The position numbers and the translations under genes are program-made. This document shows, one piece after another, positions 59,009 through 64,000 of a stretch of 64,000 nucleotides of DNA; position 1 is the first letter of the stretch, and every line of letters starts with the position of its first letter. The notes below the pieces were generated by a model. It saw nothing but the letters and a program-made list of their open reading frames with translations, made no database searches and had not been told where the DNA came from. Source of the DNA: Giardia intestinalis (taxonomy: Eukaryota); the NCBI GenBank assembly GCA_000002435.2, contig CM018793.1, one strand, 5' to 3'.

Positions 59009-60307
59009 TTAATGAGAGTGAGTGATCAACCCATCTGGTATGCGCGGTATTACAAGAGAACATGCAGAGAGAAATTCGCTCCATAGAAGATGCAAGATTG
59101 TCTCCTTCTGGGTCAAGGCCAAGACGATCCTGGTAGAAACGTGAGAGCCCCAGCTGATCCCCAGGCTGGGTGTAACCAGTCTATTAGAGGACATTACCAC
59201 GTCGCGTGAAAACGTGCGGTCACTTTTGTAAGATATTTGCACGGTTTCTGGGAAGAGTAGAGAAGTGAACGGTACCACCATAGACTCCGAAATGAGAGTG
59301 GACTGAGAATCGTTAGGGTCACCATGGATTAGTAGCTGATTGCTAACTCTATCTTCTCCACAATCACTGACACCCGGGATTACTGGCGTATAGACATAGA
59401 GCTGATCAGTTGGAAGAGTGTTAGTAGGAAGCCGGGGAAGAGCATTGGGAATAGATTGCCCCGGGAACTGATGTCTTCTAGAATGCTGCTGTGCAGATGA
59501 GGCTAATTGAGGAGTTGCAATGTAATCTCCCACGTGATTAGTCAACAGCACGGCGAGGTTCTTCAAACACGCAATGTTGAGCAAAGCCTGTCCCATCTCA
59601 TACCCCGGATTATTGAGCTGAGACTCACTGGAGTTTGGCTTAGTGTAGAGAATGCGCAGGAAGCCAATACTGTCTACGCAGATAAGCTTCAATGCAGGAC
59701 ACTGTCTGCACAACTCCCAGACTTGGCCCGATGATTCAAAGAGCTTTACAAGGCCAGTAGGGGATAGTTCACGCAAGAAGTACAGTCTCTTCAGAACCAT
59801 CGTTGTATTCACTTGAGTGTCAGTGAGAAAGGGGGAAAGATAGGTCAGGAGATCAACGAGGGTGCTGAGGACGTCTTCTACCGATGTTACTATTAAGGCT
59901 ATGTAATGCTCCGTCGTCAAGAGCACCACGGAGATGACGTACAGCAGTATGCGCGTCTTACCCGTGCCAGATTCCCCTGCAATCTCAGTTATGTGCTGCT
60001 CTCGTATAACGTTTGCCAAGACCAGATCAAATGGTGACATAGTCTTTAGGTGCTTAAAGTTGGGAATAAACAAACTAGACTCCGGCCTTAACCCTGATCC
60101 TGCCGAGGCGAACAATCTAACAATGCCGCACGCATCACAGATTTTAGACTTAATTTCTTCAATCTCTCGGACTGATTTATTCTGTTTGACGGCCAATTCA
60201 TAGCTGTCAGAATTTAGAAAGTTTGCAATTGTGAGACCACCAAGCTTTGTCAAGAAAGATGCGCGTAGGGCCTCGCCAAAATCTAATTCATATTTGTGCC
60301 TATTCAT
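59009..60307 (-). CDS. RecA/Rad51-family paralogue (Rad51C/XRCC3-like ATPase) with a C-terminal extension
   Basis: HhH-like N-terminus (LTKLGGLTIANFLNSDSYELA), Walker A ITEIAGESGTGKTRILLYV, Walker B-like LKLICVDSIGFL, and AVLLTNHVGDYIATP, which resembles Rad51 AVVITNQV. The track ORF starts at a TTG (60322); the true ATG at 60307 is preceded by CTTGTCATTTATTAAA. Confidence 0.6.
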   Translation of the reverse strand: MNRHKYELDFGEALRASFLTKLGGLTIANFLNSDSYELAVKQNKSVREIEEIKSKICDACGIVRLFASAGSGLRPESSLFIPNFKHLKTMSPFDLVLANVIREQHITEIAGESGTGKTRILLYVISVVLLTTEHYIALIVTSVEDVLSTLVDLLTYLSPFLTDTQVNTTMVLKRLYFLRELSPTGLVKLFESSGQVWELCRQCPALKLICVDSIGFLRILYTKPNSSESQLNNPGYEMGQALLNIACLKNLAVLLTNHVGDYIATPQLASSAQQHSRRHQFPGQSIPNALPRLPTNTLPTDQLYVYTPVIPGVSDCGEDRVSNQLLIHGDPNDSQSTLISESMVVPFTSLLFPETVQISYKSDRTFSRDVVMSSNRLVTPSLGISWGSHVSTRIVLALTQKETILHLLWSEFLSACSLVIPRIPDGLITHSH

Positions 60308-60377
60308 TTTAATAAATGACAAGCTTTGTGTCGTCCTTTTAAGAATTAAAAAACACCCTCCCAGCGCTTACCCAGAT

Positions 60378-61505
60378 ATGGTAAACTTTGAGGATTGCTC
60401 GTTCAGCAATCCAGTCACAGTTTCGGCCAAGAAGAATACCTACCTACAAGATAAAGCCAAGATAGAGCTGTCCCTTTCTTGTAACTCTGACGGCACCCTG
60501 ACTCTAGAATCCAGGGGCAGGCAGCGAACCAAAATTTCTAAGGTAGTTGCAAGCAAGGTGGGATTCTTGAGGGCTGAAGGAAGTGACGCCAGCGGCGTCT
60601 TGCAGATTGCCACCCACTTGAAGATTATATTCACGGACAACAAAATCGTGGATAGCGGCTACGACCTCCTGTCCATTAAGTTTAATTTTGCAGGCTTCAC
60701 ACCAGACATTAATAACATGAAATACTTACTGAGCGTTCTGAAGGACTTGCCAACGGACAAATCTACTTTGCCGGGGAACCGGCAATCCACTTCCTCAGAC
60801 ATGACGACAGCCGCTGTAAACTCTGCGGTCACTAGATTGCCCTTGGCACAAGATCAGTCCATCTACACCTTCTTGATGGAGAGAAATGTGCAATGTGAAA
60901 CGCTCCCTTCTTGCACCATTATGGCTGCAGACGATGAGTCGGCCGGCTACGATGAGAGTTGTGAGATGAACGCACTGTATGTCGAGCTGGCCAATTATGA
61001 GCCGGTGCGATTGAGTGGAGCCAATTCCTCACAAAACGAAGGCTATCTCTGTGCAGATCCTGACCCAGATCTCAGTAACATAGGCTTTAGACTCATATTT
61101 CCCAAGGCTAGCATAGTAGAATGCGCACAAGGAGGTGACAGAGGTTCACTCACAAAAGCCGACAGTGATGAAGGAGAGAATCCTTGGCTTAAGCTGGTAA
61201 GACTCGCAGAGAATACTTCCTTCAAGGGAGCTCCAGAGTTAGTATCGGAGTCTGGCCCTATCTACCCTGATCTGGAGCAGGAGCCTAGCTCTCAAGAAGA
61301 AATGCCCGTTGAAGATGCATCCTTATCGACCTCCTTGCCCGTTAGTAATATGGTGAGGGCTAGCAAACCAAACACTCAAGCCACCTTCAGGCAAGAGTCT
61401 ATCAAGTCAACTGATGGTAACAATAGTGAGCAGCAGGAACCTGACAGAGCCTTGGTGTCCTACTTCTCGAGTGGTAAGAACTTACAATCCTTTTATAAAC
61501 ATTAG
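60378..61505 (+). CDS. Hypothetical protein (about 375 aa); the N-terminal region has PH/GRAM-like beta-sandwich flavour (unverified)
   Basis: The track ORF begins at a GTG (60231) and overlaps the upstream gene. The first true ATG at 60378 (MVNFEDCSF…) has AATTAAAAAAC about 30 nt upstream. The C-terminal half is acidic and Ser-rich. Confidence 0.5.
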   Translation: MVNFEDCSFSNPVTVSAKKNTYLQDKAKIELSLSCNSDGTLTLESRGRQRTKISKVVASKVGFLRAEGSDASGVLQIATHLKIIFTDNKIVDSGYDLLSIKFNFAGFTPDINNMKYLLSVLKDLPTDKSTLPGNRQSTSSDMTTAAVNSAVTRLPLAQDQSIYTFLMERNVQCETLPSCTIMAADDESAGYDESCEMNALYVELANYEPVRLSGANSSQNEGYLCADPDPDLSNIGFRLIFPKASIVECAQGGDRGSLTKADSDEGENPWLKLVRLAENTSFKGAPELVSESGPIYPDLEQEPSSQEEMPVEDASLSTSLPVSNMVRASKPNTQATFRQESIKSTDGNNSEQQEPDRALVSYFSSGKNLQSFYKH

Positions 61506-61532
61506 TACGAGGACTTTGGTCCGCACTAACCG

Positions 61533-62084
61533 TTATTCTGTCTTGCTCGTTAACATATCCTGGACCACTTGGCACAGCGGCTCAAAATCGCGCTCGACGT
61601 TTTCTCCAACAAGATCTCCGTCCACATTATAATACTCGCCTATACTCTTCTCTAGGAGTAAATTCTCCTTGTGCTTGACCGTATACAGTCCTGTCCGGGG
61701 GCAGAGGCGTCCGGAAATTCGCACCGTCCGACCCTTCGCATCAGTGAGTACGAAGATGGTGCTGTCCTTAGCCTCCAGAACCTTGTGGATTAGATAGAGA
61801 GACCAAAACAGAAGTAGACCAACGACAATCGATATGCGGCGAGTCTCTAATGGCACTTTCAAGACCGTCGGAATTCCAATAAATACGCCGGCTGCCAGGA
61901 CCGAAGACCAGCCAAAGGCCAGGGCTGGAACTCTAGGATCGTACTTGGAACGAATATTATGGCGTGCAAAGAGCTCCACAATTGCAGAAGTTAAAACACG
62001 GACAACTTCAAGATTGTTATCGAGGTTGACGTGTGTCCGGTCGACGCTCAATGTGGACTTGCAGAACGAGGGCTTGGGCGGCAT
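61533..62084 (-). CDS. Hypothetical protein with one transmembrane segment (about 183 aa)
   Basis: The track ORF starts at a TTG. The true ATG (MPPKPSFCK…) is preceded by AAGGATAAATTGTTTTGAAACTGAAA. A transmembrane helix is present (LAFGWSSVLAAGVFIGIPTVL). Divergent from the Mrt4 gene, about 86 bp between ATGs. Confidence 0.4.
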   Translation of the reverse strand: MPPKPSFCKSTLSVDRTHVNLDNNLEVVRVLTSAIVELFARHNIRSKYDPRVPALAFGWSSVLAAGVFIGIPTVLKVPLETRRISIVVGLLLFWSLYLIHKVLEAKDSTIFVLTDAKGRTVRISGRLCPRTGLYTVKHKENLLLEKSIGEYYNVDGDLVGENVERDFEPLCQVVQDMLTSKTE

Positions 62085-62170
62085 TTTCAGTTTCAAAACA
62101 ATTTATCCTTTAGTACAGCCATTTTCATCTGTAATTTCTAATGATTTATTTTTTGAAGTGCAATTTATTG

Positions 62171-62896
62171 ATGCCCCGCTCGAAGAGGTCTAAGACAGTG
62201 GTCCTTGCAAAAGTGGAGAAGAAAACACGAGAGGCCAAGCAGGAGATTATCAAGCAGATTAGGGAGGCATTCGACACATACGACACCGTCTATGTGATTG
62301 ACTCTCATAACATGACTAGCTCGTCATGGCAGCAGCTTCGCACGAGCATGAAGGGGTATGCGCGTATTTTTATGGGTAAGAATCAGCTTATGCGATATGC
62401 CCTCGGTAAAACTGAGGAGGAGAGCTATCGGACTAAGACGTGGCAGCTGGGACGCCTCCTCAAAGGCATGACCGGCCTTCTCTTCACTAGCGCGCCGGAG
62501 GAGAAGGTGCGGTCAGCCCTTGCGTCTGTTGCGCGGCCTTGTTTGGCCAGGGGCGGGGACGTTGCCACCAAAACGATCGTAATCCCACAGGGCCCTCTGG
62601 ATAGAGACAAGTATTCATTTGCGTTAGAGCCAGAACTGCGTAAGCTTGGACTACCAACGAGTCTGCAGAACACAGTCATCCATGTCCTCTGCGACCATGT
62701 GCTGTGCAAGGAGGGCGATGTTTTGACATCTGCTCAGGCAAGACTTCTGAAGCATTTCGATCATGTGTTGTCAGAGTCTAGTGTCACGCTCCGGGGCGTC
62801 TGGCACAAGGAAACAGAGGATCTTGACGTCCTAGACCCCAACTGTCTCTACCTTCTGGACACGGCTCCTGCAGAAGAGGATGAGCAGAGCGATTGA
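62171..62896 (+). CDS. MRT4: mRNA turnover protein 4 / ribosome assembly factor Mrt4 (uL10/P0-like)
   Basis: MPRSKRSKTVVLAKVEKKTREAKQEIIKQIREAFDTYDTVYVIDSHNMTSSSWQQLRTSMKGYARIFMGKNQLMRYALG is collinear with the Mrt4 N-terminus (MPKSKRDKKVSLTKT.KKG.E.KQ.LI…R…D.Y…F.F.V.NMRN..L…R…K.SR.F.GKNKVM..ALG). True ATG at 62171, preceded by CAATTTATTG. An AGTAAAT motif lies about 50 nt after the stop. Confidence 0.8.
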   Translation: MPRSKRSKTVVLAKVEKKTREAKQEIIKQIREAFDTYDTVYVIDSHNMTSSSWQQLRTSMKGYARIFMGKNQLMRYALGKTEEESYRTKTWQLGRLLKGMTGLLFTSAPEEKVRSALASVARPCLARGGDVATKTIVIPQGPLDRDKYSFALEPELRKLGLPTSLQNTVIHVLCDHVLCKEGDVLTSAQARLLKHFDHVLSESSVTLRGVWHKETEDLDVLDPNCLYLLDTAPAEEDEQSD

Positions 62897-62947
62897 TCTG
62901 CGCTCCCCTCTCTGGGGCATCTTGCCAGACCACAGAAACCACATAAA

Positions 62948-62954
62948 GAGTAAA
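62948..62954 (+). terminator. Possible polyadenylation signal AGTAAAT about 52 nt downstream of the Mrt4 stop
   Basis: The sequence …CATAAAG-AGTAAAT-GCTG… matches the motif, but the distance from the stop is longer than usual, so this is tentative. Confidence 0.3.
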
Positions 62955-63047
62955 TGCTGTGACCCTTTTGGAACCTTTCGTCTGCGCATGGCTTACTGAA
63001 GAAGCGGCAGACTGCAACCGGATGAAAAAATAGTTTTCTGCGCGGGA

Positions 63048-64000
63048 ATGTCCGGCTCAGATAACAGGAGGCTACAGAGCGAGGTGACTAAACTGGTGCG
63101 GATTCTTCAGGAGCTTGGTTATCCAGCAAGATCCCTGGGCCCCCTTCAAGACAATCTTTTGCCCCCGAACAGGTTCGAATTCACCTCACTTGCCTTGTTG
63201 ACCCTAATCCGATGGCTAGAAACAGATTCCCTTCCAATCTACACTTCGTTTCTTTGCGAGTATGTCGTAGACCCGAGAACGATTCCGGATCAGACGGTTA
63301 TTTACTTAATGTACAACGCTCTCATCGATATCCTTCACTATGAGCCGAAGCTGTCTGCAGAGGCCTTTCTAGATAAGATAGGCGGTACCATAACTGGTGA
63401 GCTGCGAGATCTCCATTACTATCGCGTACGAACGGTGAGAATCTTTGCTAAACTCTTACATGATCTTCAGCTAAGATGGATTAGGCACTCCTCAGAACGT
63501 ATGCGCGGAACAGACGGTTTTATCGTTTTGCTCCCTCCGTCCTTGAAGCCGCAAATGCCTTATGTAGCTCAACGCTGGACCTCTCACCCGGCGGTCATCA
63601 TGCATCAGCCAGAGAATGCAGCATATCGAGGCATTGTTTCGGAGACTCCGGCAGATATGCCTAGAATTCATCGCGCCCCATCTTTTCCTGGCCTACAACC
63701 TCACTATTATCCTGATCCAGCACATAATGCATCACATCAAATTAACCATCTCGTTGATATTACTCGCAATGCCGTAGCTGCTCACTCCCATCCCTCGTCT
63801 TTTGACGTGGCTGTTGGCATGGACAAGCTCCCCGGTGACATTCAAAGACGCCTCCACAGTCAGTTTTCTAGTCAGTCAAGGAAGCATAAGAGACACCATT
63901 CAAGCAGATCTTCATCACGGAAGAACGAGTTGGCTAGGAGAGAAGCCAGAACTCGCTCTAGCCAGGCAGGCCGTCATCGTAGACGTGCATCGTCAACCTC
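63048..64000 (+). CDS. Hypothetical protein, 5' partial within this window (ORF open to the window end, at least 317 aa)
   Basis: ATG at 63048 (MSGSDNRRLQSEVTKLVRILQELGYPARSLGPLQDN…). There is no stop in frame through position 64000, so the ORF track omits it. The C-terminal portion seen so far is basic and Ser/Arg-rich (…SRKHKRHHSSRSSSRKNELARREARTRSSQAGRHRRRASST). Confidence 0.45.
   Translation, partial: MSGSDNRRLQSEVTKLVRILQELGYPARSLGPLQDNLLPPNRFEFTSLALLTLIRWLETDSLPIYTSFLCEYVVDPRTIPDQTVIYLMYNALIDILHYEPKLSAEAFLDKIGGTITGELRDLHYYRVRTVRIFAKLLHDLQLRWIRHSSERMRGTDGFIVLLPPSLKPQMPYVAQRWTSHPAVIMHQPENAAYRGIVSETPADMPRIHRAPSFPGLQPHYYPDPAHNASHQINHLVDITRNAVAAHSHPSSFDVAVGMDKLPGDIQRRLHSQFSSQSRKHKRHHSSRSSSRKNELARREARTRSSQAGRHRRRASST

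Noticed and set aside
63165-63185. tRNA T-loop-like string GGTTCGAATTC
   Set aside because: It lies inside an open reading frame, and the flanking bases cannot form T-stem or acceptor-stem pairings. No tRNA cloverleaf could be built. I did not find a convincing tRNA anywhere in the window by eye, although a proper covariance scan was not possible.
1-64000. Prokaryote-style features (CRISPR arrays, operons, Shine-Dalgarno sites, integrons, insertion-sequence elements)
   Set aside because: The gene content and sequence grammar are eukaryotic (diplomonad). No direct-repeat/spacer arrays, inverted-repeat-flanked transposases or integrases were seen.

Overview
This 64-kb window looks like compact, essentially intron-free nuclear DNA from a diplomonad, most consistent with Giardia. 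I base that on three things visible in the sequence. First, a cysteine-rich EGF/CXXC surface protein ends in a transmembrane helix followed by a CRGK-type tail, as in Giardia high-cysteine membrane proteins. Second, most genes have short AT-rich 'initiator' stretches immediately before the ATG (for example AAAATTAAAG-ATG, TTTTTAAA-ATG). Third, AGTRAAY-type polyadenylation motifs sit directly after several stop codons (AGTAAAC at 53412, AGTGAAC at 54425). Ankyrin-repeat NEK-type kinases and ankyrin '21.1-like' proteins fit the same lineage.

Roughly 40 protein genes are packed on both strands. The ones I can identify are:
- a Vps4 AAA ATPase
- a Bud23/WBSCR22-type rRNA methyltransferase
- a PPP-family Ser/Thr phosphatase
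- an LPCAT-like acyltransferase
- a kinesin
- a 26S proteasome Rpt ATPase
- a TBCC-domain protein
- a ribosomal protein L37a (eL43)
- a small 2-cluster ferredoxin
- an Mrt4 ribosome-assembly factor
- a Rad51-paralogue ATPase
- a FOP-like centrosomal protein
- an Sm-like protein
- an E2F/DP-like and two Myb/SANT-like putative transcription factors
- several very large hypothetical proteins (2835, 1226, 1062 and 1007 aa)

The main oddities are these:
- An ABCC/MRP-type transporter broken into at least 8 reading-frame fragments, which I call a pseudogene (17.7-21.9 kb).
- A NEK kinase split by a single frameshift.
- An abrupt ~8-kb GC-rich island (about 65-70% GC against ~47% elsewhere) at 21.9-29.8 kb.
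- An intragenic GC3 mosaic confined to the AAA domain of Vps4.
- Two unusually long ORF-free intergenic regions, one carrying a helically phased triple TCATGTACT repeat.
- Two ultra-compact bidirectional promoters, with 11 and 31 bp between divergent ATGs.

The supplied ORF track accepts GTG/TTG as start codons, so several ORF 5' ends have been trimmed to the first true ATG. I had no search tools, so every functional call rests on motifs I recognised by eye, not on database matches.
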